A stretch of DNA of 64,000 nucleotides from Escherichia phage MIZ6. This document shows positions 52,004-61,162 of the stretch, one piece after another (position 1 is the first letter of the stretch; every line of letters begins with the position of its first letter). The translations under genes were made by a program, and so were the position numbers. The notes below the pieces were generated by a model. That model was not told the DNA's origin. It saw only the letters and a list, made by a program, of their open reading frames with translations, and made no database searches. The stretch lies in sequence record OR192075.1. One strand, given 5' to 3'.

Positions 52004-52672
52004 TTATCCCCTTTGTTTCTTAACTGAATTTGGATCTGGATTTTCTGGCAAGTCTTCCAGACCCATAGCATAACGTTGTGCATAGATTAGCATAAGAATA
52101 TCGCGAGCGCAATCATGAATTGCATCATGTGCGATAAAACCATCTAGCGTACCCATTGGTAACGGACACTCACACATCCCGCGATGCATCAATGTACGCT
52201 CAATGGCGGTGCGAACATCTCGGATGTTCCAGAATCGCACAGGTTCAAGATTGAACGTCTCTCGTGTATTGTGTGCACGGCGGATCATATCAACTAGTAA
52301 CGGAATATCAAACGCATTACCGCGTGACCACATTACGGATTTAACCGGATCTACTCCTACGGCTTCACAGAATGCGTTAAAACGCGCTAAACCTTCTTTA
52401 GTTGATACTTCCGTACCATTTGTGATTAATTGCTTTCTCATGCCTTCTGAGGCGGTATTCTTCCACCATTCAACCACACCATGATCAAACACCCTTACAC
52501 CTTTCTGGGAAGGAATATCAAATTTTACCAGAAAGGAATTGTCAACCAGTTCTTTAAATGTAGGTGGATTGTGCGGATCTTCTTTAAATCCGATTGCCGC
52601 CATATTGATAACCGCCCCATCAGGCGGATAACCTAAACTTTCAAAGTCAATCATTAAATCCACTGGAAGCAT
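52004..52672 (-). CDS. dexA: exonuclease A (T4 DexA-like)
   Basis: colinear with T4 DexA (IDFE, KFD..SQKG...F....EWWKN, TLDGF.AHD.IHDCA.DI.ML.YA.RYAMGLED); ATG at 52672 with RBS GGAGGA. Confidence 0.88.
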   Translation of the reverse strand: MLPVDLMIDFESLGYPPDGAVINMAAIGFKEDPHNPPTFKELVDNSFLVKFDIPSQKGVRVFDHGVVEWWKNTASEGMRKQLITNGTEVSTKEGLARFNAFCEAVGVDPVKSVMWSRGNAFDIPLLVDMIRRAHNTRETFNLEPVRFWNIRDVRTAIERTLMHRGMCECPLPMGTLDGFIAHDAIHDCARDILMLIYAQRYAMGLEDLPENPDPNSVKKQRG

Positions 52673-52673
52673 T

Positions 52674-52916
52674 TTAAATATCCTCCGCGATATGCCGGAA
52701 CAACTCCAGATCGTTTTTATCCAGAATGAAACCGCTACAATCAATAATCCCGTTACCGTAATTATCGGTTAACAGTCGTTCCGTTGCCATGTATGCGCGT
52801 ACTTTGTTGTTAAAATTCATTACATGTTGTGCATAGTCACAATGAATCTTTTGACGGTTCCACGCGACAATTGATTGTAGATGTATTACATTAGCCACAT
52901 TATTAATAACAACCAT
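52674..52916 (-). CDS. hypothetical protein
   Basis: ORF adjacent to dexA start. Confidence 0.45.
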   Translation of the reverse strand: MVVINNVANVIHLQSIVAWNRQKIHCDYAQHVMNFNNKVRAYMATERLLTDNYGNGIIDCSGFILDKNDLELFRHIAEDI

Positions 52917-52917
52917 A

Positions 52918-53085
52918 TCAAAACCCTCGCTTAGTGAAATATTCGATCATTTTATTGATACATTCAGCTTCACTGTCGCCGGATACGTTCCATCCATAAT
53001 GACCCCAACTAAAACACATGGTAACAGTTCCATTGTGACGGCGTACCGTCACATCATCAAATTCTGGGATACTTCGCATAATCAT
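52918..53085 (-). CDS. small hypothetical protein (55 aa)
   Basis: hand-translated; RBS GAGGAAATTATT. Confidence 0.45.
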   Translation of the reverse strand: MIMRSIPEFDDVTVRRHNGTVTMCFSWGHYGWNVSGDSEAECINKMIEYFTKRGF

Positions 53086-53095
53086 AATAATTTCC

Positions 53096-54487
53096 TCAAA
53101 TATAGTCTACTCGATACCGCGCACGGGTAACACCCACATATAATAACTGCATTGCCAATTCAAAGTCAACATTGTCTGTACACATGCAAGGAGTATACAG
53201 GAACACGCGGTCTACGCTGATCCCTTGTGACTTATGAATGGTGCAAGCTGGTAATGCTTTTACATTCAAGAACATACGCTTCATCGTCCAGAATGAATCC
53301 CAATCTGGTTTAAATTTTGGATTCTCTTTCTTCATTTCGCGATATTGTCCGGCGACCGTATTCAGATAGATAGAGAAAATGTTCTTCTGACGTTGTTCTG
53401 TCAGAATGTTGATTTCTACTAAATCTGGTTTATCTGTAGTGATTCCGACTGCATCTAAACCTACTTTCTGATTTAGGATTTCTTTGTCTTCGTCATCATC
53501 GACGCTTTCCACTTTCAGAGTATATCCTAAAACTGGTTGCGGATCTACCCCCGTGCAACGTAATGTAAATTCACGCGGGATGACCTCTTTAACTCGGATC
53601 ATCTCACCATTGTTAAAAATAACATTGGGAATCTTCTTCCCGCGTTCATCTCGCAGATATTCGATCAATGGTTCCTGAGTAACCAGAATTTCATCTACAA
53701 TCACTGGTTCATCGGTGTTATAAACGCGCTTACGTACAATTTCATTGAGTTTTTCGACGCTCTTGTTAGTGTAGGCCAGAATACGGTTTTCTAGAAGGTC
53801 TTCCGGCGTTTTAACGGTTTCGAAATAATGTTTCATAAACTCCGGCAGAGTTGAGCTATGGAATACACCCTCGTTACCGCACTGTTTTTCGAATACCCAT
53901 TTACCGTTACGGACAGCGGTCGCCACATCAATGATCGGTGCATTAGATCGTTTAATTTCTGTCAACTCCACGTTTTGAAAATTTTCATCCGTGAAGAAAG
54001 GAGAAATTGACGTTGCACCGCTCGGATCAACTGGTCGTAACTGGTGCGGATCGCCAACTGCAATAACAACAATTCGACCGTTGATACTCTTCATGAGAAT
54101 ATCAAATAGTTTCTTATCGACCATACTCGCTTCATCAACAATGATGATCTGAACATCATCTAGTTTAGGAGTATCTTTTTGTTCAAATACTTGAGTATCT
54201 TCATAGTTGGTCGGGTTAAGACGCAATAAAGCATGTAAAGTAAATGCTTGACGACCTACCGCCTTACTCAAAACTTTTTTAGCCTGATGGGTAGGCGTTG
54301 CCAAAACCACACCAGTTACACCACGGCGGACCATTTCCTGAACAATGAATTTCATCATTGCGGTTTTACCAGTACCCGCCGCACCACGGACAGTTGTATG
54401 CTTCTTTTGTTCAATGCGTTTCATTAGAACATCAAAAGCATGTTTTTGTCCGTCTGTTAACATATCGAAAGTTAATACTCTGCTCAT
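53096..54487 (-). CDS. dda: DNA helicase Dda (SF1)
   Basis: colinear with T4 Dda (GAAGTGKT Walker A, NAPIIDVATAVRNGKW, YVGVTRAR). Confidence 0.92.
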   Translation of the reverse strand: MSRVLTFDMLTDGQKHAFDVLMKRIEQKKHTTVRGAAGTGKTAMMKFIVQEMVRRGVTGVVLATPTHQAKKVLSKAVGRQAFTLHALLRLNPTNYEDTQVFEQKDTPKLDDVQIIIVDEASMVDKKLFDILMKSINGRIVVIAVGDPHQLRPVDPSGATSISPFFTDENFQNVELTEIKRSNAPIIDVATAVRNGKWVFEKQCGNEGVFHSSTLPEFMKHYFETVKTPEDLLENRILAYTNKSVEKLNEIVRKRVYNTDEPVIVDEILVTQEPLIEYLRDERGKKIPNVIFNNGEMIRVKEVIPREFTLRCTGVDPQPVLGYTLKVESVDDDEDKEILNQKVGLDAVGITTDKPDLVEINILTEQRQKNIFSIYLNTVAGQYREMKKENPKFKPDWDSFWTMKRMFLNVKALPACTIHKSQGISVDRVFLYTPCMCTDNVDFELAMQLLYVGVTRARYRVDYI

Positions 54488-54801
54488 TATCCTAAAATCC
54501 TCACCTTGCGAACACAGATAGTATTGAGTTCTCGCCGTACCCGTTCTTTTTCATATTCAGGAATTTTATATTCGATACCATCCCGAACAATTTCAGAAGA
54601 CCGGATTATACCAAATTTTCTTTTAGGCACAACCTTGTATTTCGGTTCACCTGCCAATAGACTCTCACAATAATCTATCTGATCACACATTGACGCTAAC
54701 GCAGCATCATGTGTTTCGCAAGTTAGGACGCGACCCTTCGCGTCCACTGAGTATTGAAAGAATCCGTCTTTATCACGATAACATACAGCAAATACATGCA
54801 T
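54487..54801 (-). CDS. hypothetical protein
   Basis: ORF coupled to dda. Confidence 0.5.
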   Translation of the reverse strand: MHVFAVCYRDKDGFFQYSVDAKGRVLTCETHDAALASMCDQIDYCESLLAGEPKYKVVPKRKFGIIRSSEIVRDGIEYKIPEYEKERVRRELNTICVRKVRILG

Positions 54802-55556
54802 TATAAACCTACCTTAGCTTTCATCAATTCAATCCACGACGCATCAATCGGAAGCCCGTATTTCACGCGTTCTTTTTGTGCTGGCGTTAAGTTCTCATAC
54901 TTAGAAAGAGATTCAATCAAAACGCTGGTATATTTTAGCACGATTTCGGCATTGTTTGCAATAGCCTTAAGTTTTTCTTCTTTCTTGTTGATTTCGCTAA
55001 GTGCTTGCTTGAGATCTGCAATTTTCTGATAACGTTCTTCCATACGGAAGAGAGTATTTTTAATCGCTCGCTCTGCTGCCTCTGCTTTCTCCGGTTCGTT
55101 GTGCTTTTTGTGGCGCTCGATTGCTAATTTCTTTTCTTCAATTGCCATTTCCTGATTTTTGATGCGATTCTCGTTAAGTTCGATCCACTCGATGTACTTC
55201 GCACGTAGGGCAATTTCATCATCAGAAAGTTTACCGTTAGTTCCTAGTTCCTGGATCTCTTTAAGAGATTCGATAGTGTGATTGCCACGGAAAGAATTAT
55301 ATTTCAGTTTAACCGGAATTACATTGCCATCAACATATCCCAGATTGCAATCAATGCGCTCTAAGGAGAGTCCGTCATCACCTTCACCGAAAGCCTCACC
55401 TGAATAGGCGCAATGAGTCTGACGGTAAATGTTACGCACTGTGACTAAGCTCATAGAGAAGTCTTTGTTGCGACGTGAAGCGCCAGCCATGATAGAGTTC
55501 AGACGGAAAACAACCAGTGCCAATTCTTCGTTAGATTTAAAAGCAAACAGTTTCAT
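54801..55556 (-). CDS. hypothetical protein: degenerate HNH_3-like N-terminal motif plus C-terminal coiled coil
   Basis: HCAYSGE...LSLERID...GYVDGNV pattern; Lys/Glu-rich heptad-like tail. Confidence 0.35.
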   Translation of the reverse strand: MKLFAFKSNEELALVVFRLNSIMAGASRRNKDFSMSLVTVRNIYRQTHCAYSGEAFGEGDDGLSLERIDCNLGYVDGNVIPVKLKYNSFRGNHTIESLKEIQELGTNGKLSDDEIALRAKYIEWIELNENRIKNQEMAIEEKKLAIERHKKHNEPEKAEAAERAIKNTLFRMEERYQKIADLKQALSEINKKEEKLKAIANNAEIVLKYTSVLIESLSKYENLTPAQKERVKYGLPIDASWIELMKAKVGL

Positions 55557-55618
55557 AATTGATTCTCCTTAGTTGGTATGTGTGTATTATTGTCTATCTT
55601 GGTTTGTGATGTCAACAC

Positions 55619-56122
55619 TTAAATTAAAGAAAATTTGTAAATCTCTATCAGATCGCCGTTACACGCGTAAACTTCCTCGATCTCATCAAGGATCATGGTC
55701 GTTCCTGTCTTGTATATGCACTCGCGCTCGTCTGCCAACATAGCATACAAAGACAGTCGAGTAGTCGGATTGTCATACTCTTTAGACACCACTCGGTCAA
55801 TAGCATGTTCGTAATAATTCATGCAAGGCTTGGTTGGTTTTATCGCAATAATCTTTCCTGTTGCATAAACATCGGTTGCAAAGTCCTCTGCTGTTGATTG
55901 CAGCGGTGTAAAGCTCATAGGACGCTCTACAACGAAAGAATCACCTACAATTAAGGTATCCAACTTACGGCCTTCTCTTTTGCTCACACCGCGATACAAG
56001 GCTTCATGATGCACTAACCGTTCAGTCTTTTCGATCAATCCATTAAGGATCGACATATCGATATTTTCTTTAGAGTTCATCACTTCATCAATGATGTTAA
56101 GTTCTTCTGGTGTAAATTGCAT
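55619..56122 (-). CDS. putative ADP-ribosyltransferase (Alt/ModA/ModB-like)
   Basis: R (LYRG) ... S-x-T (MSFTPLQST) ... E-x-E (DERE) order and spacing; position near 56 and dda as T4 modA/modB. Confidence 0.45.
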   Translation of the reverse strand: MQFTPEELNIIDEVMNSKENIDMSILNGLIEKTERLVHHEALYRGVSKREGRKLDTLIVGDSFVVERPMSFTPLQSTAEDFATDVYATGKIIAIKPTKPCMNYYEHAIDRVVSKEYDNPTTRLSLYAMLADERECIYKTGTTMILDEIEEVYACNGDLIEIYKFSLI

Positions 56123-56123
56123 A

Positions 56124-56155
56124 ATAAAAAAGCCTCCAATCTTTCGACGGGAGGC
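56124..56155 (-). terminator. rho-independent terminator after gene 56; its 3' stem contains the GGAGG RBS of the next gene
   Basis: hairpin GCCTCCCGTCGAAAGATTGGAGGC followed by TTTTTTATT then ATG at 56122. Confidence 0.55.
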
Positions 56156-56191
56156 ATAATAAAACCATTATAGAGTAGTGTCAACTAATTT

Positions 56192-56710
56192 TTAGTAGCC
56201 GCGTTCTTGACGGGCGAAGTTTTCAGCATTTTTCAGATAGTACAGCTTGAAGATATCCTTAGCGGTTAAACCTAAGCCCAGCATTTTAATCAGCACAAAA
56301 TGCCAGATATCGATCAATTCCATCGCAATTTCGGTTTTATCGTCATCTGACAGATCAGCAAATTTACGCGCTCGTGCTTCGCCGTGGTTCTTCTTCCACA
56401 CTTTAGTAATTGCGCTTGCATCTTTGCCATTTGACATGCCACCCAGGGCAACATAAAGTTCTCGTGTCTCGTCGTCGATTGCGTCATCCCACAACTTCAT
56501 CCAGTCAAGGATCTCCCCGCAAGTTTCCAGCTTATCAGGATGCGGCACCCACTCAAATTTATCAGCTAGTGCGACCTGTAAGCCTTTTTGCATATCTAAC
56601 ATTACTTGCAGCGGGTCTTTGCCGCTAGTGATTGCCTCGGAATACGCAATACCAGCTTTAGACATAGTTTCGTCGCTAACCAGACCAGCACAAGAATTAA
56701 ATTCTGACAT
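56192..56710 (-). CDS. 56: dCTPase/dUTPase (T4 gp56-like)
   Basis: colinear with T4 gp56 (KDPLQVMLDMQ, HPDKLET, ELIDIWHFVL, FKLYYLKN.ENFARQ.RGY). Confidence 0.92.
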   Translation of the reverse strand: MSEFNSCAGLVSDETMSKAGIAYSEAITSGKDPLQVMLDMQKGLQVALADKFEWVPHPDKLETCGEILDWMKLWDDAIDDETRELYVALGGMSNGKDASAITKVWKKNHGEARARKFADLSDDDKTEIAMELIDIWHFVLIKMLGLGLTAKDIFKLYYLKNAENFARQERGY

Positions 56711-56724
56711 ATTCACCTCATTAA

Positions 56725-57753
56725 TTAAAATTTACAATATTTCATAAACCGCATTTTAGCCATCAGACCTTGTACGGTGTTCTCTTTGATATATTCCATG
56801 ATCTGGTCGCGTGTAGCGCCCTCGTCCTGAATCATGGCGTTAACGTCTTTAGAATGCCACGGGCAACGGTCCCACAATACAATCTTTTCCCCTGCATTGA
56901 TAAACTTTTCCAGTCGGTGCATTGTATCGGCAGACCGTGGTTCCGCATCAAGTACAAACACTCGCTGGTCTGGGAAAGGTATTTCATCTAATCCCAAAGT
57001 ACCGCCAGTAATTGCACACCCGTTATCAATAAACAATGAATCGATCGGACCTTCTAAGAAATACACTGGTTTACTCGGATCGGCGCGTTCAAGACCATAG
57101 ACCTTACTCGCTAACTCATGAGTTTTAATCGTCATATATTTGGTCTTTCCGTAATCCTTTCTCAATGCTCGCCCCTGAATGGATTCTATCTTGTTCTCGC
57201 GGTTAAAGATAGGAATCACTAAACGCGGTTCAGGTTGTGGATTCTTGAAAGTATCAGCCTTAATGTGATTTGCTACCTTTTGCCATTCTCTCGTGAAATA
57301 CAGAAGATCCCATTTATCGTGGGGAATGCAACGATCACTGACATACTTTATTATAGGATGATTAGCCGGGAGAGTATCTAACCTCTCACAGAAAGGCAAT
57401 GTTTGCACTTTCTTAATCTCCGGCTTTTCTACCTTTTTCAGTGGCTTGAACGTGGTGTTCTTGTGGTCGCCTTGTTCCTTCCGTCGTTCAATAAGCCATT
57501 CCCTGAATAGGTCCGGCTTATATTGTTTGAGAAATTCACCTAACGGCTGATTGTAGTTACAGTTGAAACAACCGCATCGCAAACTATCCTTATAGGTATA
57601 GATACGGAATCGCGCTTGAGTATGATTTTTCTTTGAGTCACCGCAGATCGGACAACTACAGACCAGCGTAAATGAGCTAGTATGCAACCGTTTAAAATTT
57701 CGTTCGCCGTATATGGCTTTTTCCGCTATTTCATAATCTGCGTAGTAAATCAT
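56725..57753 (-). CDS. 61: DNA primase (T4 gp61-like)
   Basis: 342 aa as T4 gp61; N-terminal CxxC...CxxC zinc ribbon; TOPRIM-like acidic motifs. Confidence 0.88.
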   Translation of the reverse strand: MIYYADYEIAEKAIYGERNFKRLHTSSFTLVCSCPICGDSKKNHTQARFRIYTYKDSLRCGCFNCNYNQPLGEFLKQYKPDLFREWLIERRKEQGDHKNTTFKPLKKVEKPEIKKVQTLPFCERLDTLPANHPIIKYVSDRCIPHDKWDLLYFTREWQKVANHIKADTFKNPQPEPRLVIPIFNRENKIESIQGRALRKDYGKTKYMTIKTHELASKVYGLERADPSKPVYFLEGPIDSLFIDNGCAITGGTLGLDEIPFPDQRVFVLDAEPRSADTMHRLEKFINAGEKIVLWDRCPWHSKDVNAMIQDEGATRDQIMEYIKENTVQGLMAKMRFMKYCKF

Positions 57754-57762
57754 AATAACCTC

Positions 57763-57966
57763 TTATAGCTCAAATTTCATGAAAGTTCCTACACTTTCAT
57801 TTTCATTCTCTCCGTTCTCATCTAAGCCAAATTTGTAGACACTACCATCTGGCGCTGTGTAAGAGAATACACGAAAACGGCCTACCGGATCAAGTTCTGT
57901 AAATTCATATTCTTTTCCGGCTTCAAACAGTGCATATGTGCTCTTAAGACATTTCATCGTAATCAT
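57763..57966 (-). CDS. hypothetical protein
   Basis: ORF. Confidence 0.5.
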   Translation of the reverse strand: MITMKCLKSTYALFEAGKEYEFTELDPVGRFRVFSYTAPDGSVYKFGLDENGENENESVGTFMKFEL

Positions 57967-58106
57967 TTAAGCGCCACCGACAACAGAATTAGAACTACAC
58001 CAACATACATTGTGATCTCGGATAACTTTTCTGTTTTTGTTTTGTGTCCAGATAATCCGAAAACAACAACACCGATAATAGCGGACAGCAAGCCAACGAT
58101 AAACAT
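57963..58106 (-). CDS. small membrane protein (47 aa)
   Basis: hand-translated MFIVGLLSAIIGVVVFGLSG...; ATGA coupling to downstream gene. Confidence 0.4.
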   Translation of the reverse strand: MFIVGLLSAIIGVVVFGLSGHKTKTEKLSEITMYVGVVLILLSVALK

Positions 58107-58113
58107 GATGATA

Positions 58114-58290
58114 CTAAGCACCGTCTTTCTCCTTTTTGCGTTTTTCTTTACCCGCTACACTAGGTCCACGATTGGTAATAGATCCGCTCGTTTCACCTGC
58201 TGCGATCTTCTCAGGATTGCCGCCAGCATCACCAGCGGTCATATCTTCTTTGAGTTTATTTTCTTCAACAAACTGTTTAAATCCAATCAT
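58114..58290 (-). CDS. small hydrophilic protein (58 aa)
   Basis: hand-translated MIGFKQFVEENKLKEDM...; ATGA coupling with upstream gene. Confidence 0.4.
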   Translation of the reverse strand: MIGFKQFVEENKLKEDMTAGDAGGNPEKIAAGETSGSITNRGPSVAGKEKRKKEKDGA

Positions 58291-58664
58291 AGAATAATCT
58301 CTTTCAGTAAGTCAACAATCTGGTCTTTCGTCAGTTTATCCTGATTCTCTACAATCTTGATAACACAAGCGTTAACATCTTTTCGAGTCACGCGGGAGAT
58401 CGTTTTAATCCGGTTAAATGGTTCGTAGAAATATACTGCTTCATTATAGAGAGCGGATACTTTACGACGCATTTGATCTTTATCTGACAAGAAAACAAGT
58501 GCTGTTTTATGACCTTCTACACCCGCCACGTTATATAGTTCAGCAACACCCCAGCGACCTTCCGGTTCAATCATTCCGGCGTGTTTACCGTCGATAAAAA
58601 TCAGAATATCTCCGTTGAATGCGGTTTTGAATGCTACATCTTCCGGCGTAATCATATTTTTCAT
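58287..58664 (-). CDS. hypothetical protein
   Basis: ORF. Confidence 0.5.
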   Translation of the reverse strand: MKNMITPEDVAFKTAFNGDILIFIDGKHAGMIEPEGRWGVAELYNVAGVEGHKTALVFLSDKDQMRRKVSALYNEAVYFYEPFNRIKTISRVTRKDVNACVIKIVENQDKLTKDQIVDLLKEIIL

Positions 58665-58694
58665 GATATAGTCTCCTTAGAGTTTCATTATAAA

Positions 58695-59330
58695 TTAATC
58701 TAATGTAGAAAGCAAATGTTTTGTTTCTTTCAGTTGTCGTTCAAGATTTTTGCGTTTCTCTTTAAGTTGCATTTTAGCATTATTTCGCTCTCTTGTAACC
58801 TCTTTATCAATGCTCTTATTCCAGTTATCAATATCAGAATAAGTTGGCATACCCAATTCTAGACCTAATGCGGTTGGATGCAGGGTAACAGTCCATAAAC
58901 CGCTAATCTTCTTAAACAGGTCGGGGTGTAGTGTACTATCTACATCTTCCGGTGTCAACTCTTTTTCTTCTTTCAGTGGTGGGATCTCGTCATATGGTTC
59001 CAGTGCATTTACTTTAATATCAGATACCTCATCAAAGAATCCGCGTACATCCGCAGGAAATACACAAGCAATTTCCCAACCGTGATCACGCAGAGAAGTA
59101 ATATTTTTCACTCCCCCACCATGTGTGATGATTGATGTGACATTGCCATCAAGGTCCACCGAATTTACGAGAAATGGCTTATCGTCTGTCAGATCATTAT
59201 AAAACTGTGCTTCGGCTGTAGTCATCTCCAGAAACAGATCTCGGATCGGACGACCATCAGGTGCGTTACCTTCCTTGAGAGTATAAAAGCGACTTACGAT
59301 CCATTTTGGCGGTAAAGAATTAGCGATCAT
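58695..59330 (-). CDS. hypothetical protein
   Basis: ORF. Confidence 0.5.
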   Translation of the reverse strand: MIANSLPPKWIVSRFYTLKEGNAPDGRPIRDLFLEMTTAEAQFYNDLTDDKPFLVNSVDLDGNVTSIITHGGGVKNITSLRDHGWEIACVFPADVRGFFDEVSDIKVNALEPYDEIPPLKEEKELTPEDVDSTLHPDLFKKISGLWTVTLHPTALGLELGMPTYSDIDNWNKSIDKEVTRERNNAKMQLKEKRKNLERQLKETKHLLSTLD

Positions 59331-59380
59331 GTTATATCTCCTATCAAATCATTCACCAGCGCCCCGCAGGGCGCATTTTA

Positions 59381-60793
59381 TTAGAAAGTCATGTTATTTG
59401 CTAGCTCGTCGAGTTTTTCTCGTTTCTCGGCTTGCTGTGCGCTTTGTGGTTTAACTTGTGCATTCTCCTGATCTGCGATCTGGTTTGGTACTTCATACCA
59501 ACGCTGATTTCCTTTTTTCACACCAACGTTAAACCGTGAATAATAGTTCTTGTCACCGTAACGAGACTTGATCTGCTTCATGAGTTGAACGCCCATTTTA
59601 GCCAGGTCTTCGGTTTCGATAACACCCAACATAAAATCGGCTGTAGCCGGAAGACCTGCTGATTCAGCGGTATCACTCATGTTAAGGTCGGAAGCATCCC
59701 AACCCGCGCGGGTAGTCTGTGCCGCAGTCCAACCAACAACATCCCACTTAACAAAAAATCCTCGCAGTTCTTCCGCAATCGCCTTAACTAGTGTGTAACT
59801 ATTTTCAGAGTATACACGCAAGCGAGACGATGCGCAAATCCCCAGATAGTCAACAATCACAACATCAGGTTTAAACTGTTTCTTGAGTCGCAATTCATTC
59901 ATTAACGCCTCAAAGTGATTGGAGTTTGCGCCACCAGTCGGATACTGCTTGATCATCAATTTTCCAACCGGACGATCTCCGATCTTCTTATTCTTAACAC
60001 GCTTCATACGTGCGGAATATTCCGCAAAAGAAACATTACCATTATCCAATTCATCTAATGTAATGTCAAGCAAGTTTGCGTCGATACGTTTGGCTACGAC
60101 ATGCTCTGCCATCTCCATTGAGATATACAATACATCATAACCACATTCCATATAATCCGCAGCAAGAGAACACAAGCCAAGCGATTTACCAACGTTTACA
60201 CCAGCAAGCAACACATTTAGCGTTTTTCTTTCCGCCCCTCCTTTCGTGATTTTATTCAACATCGGCAGCTTAAACGGGATCTTATTCGCCTTAGTCTGAT
60301 ATAGCAAGAATCGTTTTTCAAAGTCATTAAACCAGTCATGACCTACATCAGAATCAAACGTAATGGATAGTGCTTCCTGCATAATTTCAGGAATAGCGCC
60401 CTCACTAGGCAATTTCTTATTCTGTTTCTCTTTTGGTAGTTGTGCGTTCGCCTGAATCTCTAGCGCCCGTGACATTGCATTATACATGGCACGGTCACGA
60501 ATAAATTTTTCGGTTTCCTTCATTAACCAATCAAGGTCTTCCGGTGTATTCTCCAGCGAATCGAGAAGAGTTTTAGCCCCTTCATATGTTGTCTGATTGC
60601 CTCTCTCCTTGTCCAAAGCAATCTGTAATGCAGTTGGCGTAGGAATATTGGAATATTCGTCTACGTGCTTTTTAATCAGCTTATAAATCAGTTTTTCTTC
60701 GTCTTCGGTGAAGTAGTCCGCTTTAAGGTGAGGCCATACATTCGTAAAGAATGCGCCATTGTAAATCAACTGTGAAAAGATAGTTTTAATCAT
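59381..60793 (-). CDS. 41: replicative DNA helicase (T4 gp41-like, DnaB family)
   Basis: 470 aa; Walker A GVNVGKS; position between uvsX and 61. Confidence 0.9.
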   Translation of the reverse strand: MIKTIFSQLIYNGAFFTNVWPHLKADYFTEDEEKLIYKLIKKHVDEYSNIPTPTALQIALDKERGNQTTYEGAKTLLDSLENTPEDLDWLMKETEKFIRDRAMYNAMSRALEIQANAQLPKEKQNKKLPSEGAIPEIMQEALSITFDSDVGHDWFNDFEKRFLLYQTKANKIPFKLPMLNKITKGGAERKTLNVLLAGVNVGKSLGLCSLAADYMECGYDVLYISMEMAEHVVAKRIDANLLDITLDELDNGNVSFAEYSARMKRVKNKKIGDRPVGKLMIKQYPTGGANSNHFEALMNELRLKKQFKPDVVIVDYLGICASSRLRVYSENSYTLVKAIAEELRGFFVKWDVVGWTAAQTTRAGWDASDLNMSDTAESAGLPATADFMLGVIETEDLAKMGVQLMKQIKSRYGDKNYYSRFNVGVKKGNQRWYEVPNQIADQENAQVKPQSAQQAEKREKLDELANNMTF

Positions 60794-61107
60794 ACATAGC
60801 CCCCAACTACACGCATAACAAAGGTCTTGAGTTTATACCAGAAAGTTTCTTTTTTCAACTTTTCTTCTGCTTCTTTGATCTGCGCGGTTAACGCCTTAAT
60901 GACGTGTGGATATACCACATCACGATCTGACGGCGTGGAGTAGTCGACCACAATACCTTTAGTGTCTGGATCGTATTCAACATTATGAATATAGACAATA
61001 TGATGTTCTCCCTCTTCATCAACAATTATCAGTTCCTGGATAACTGTCTTCATTGCTTCTTGAATCAAGCCGTGTGCTTCTTCTAAACTTGTTGGCTTCT
61101 TATCCAT
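60790..61107 (-). CDS. hypothetical protein (gp40-like by position), hydrophobic C-terminus
   Basis: synteny between 41 and uvsX; C-terminal FWYKLKTFVMRVVGGYV. Confidence 0.35.
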   Translation of the reverse strand: MDKKPTSLEEAHGLIQEAMKTVIQELIIVDEEGEHHIVYIHNVEYDPDTKGIVVDYSTPSDRDVVYPHVIKALTAQIKEAEEKLKKETFWYKLKTFVMRVVGGYV

Positions 61108-61125
61108 AATATAATCCTCTCTAGA

Positions 61126-61150
61126 TATGAAAAAGGGGCACGTAGCCCCT
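61126..61150 (-). terminator. rho-independent terminator after uvsX
   Basis: hairpin AGGGGCTACGTGCCCCT plus TTTTTCAT on minus strand. Confidence 0.6.
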
Positions 61151-61162
61151 TTACTACCATTG

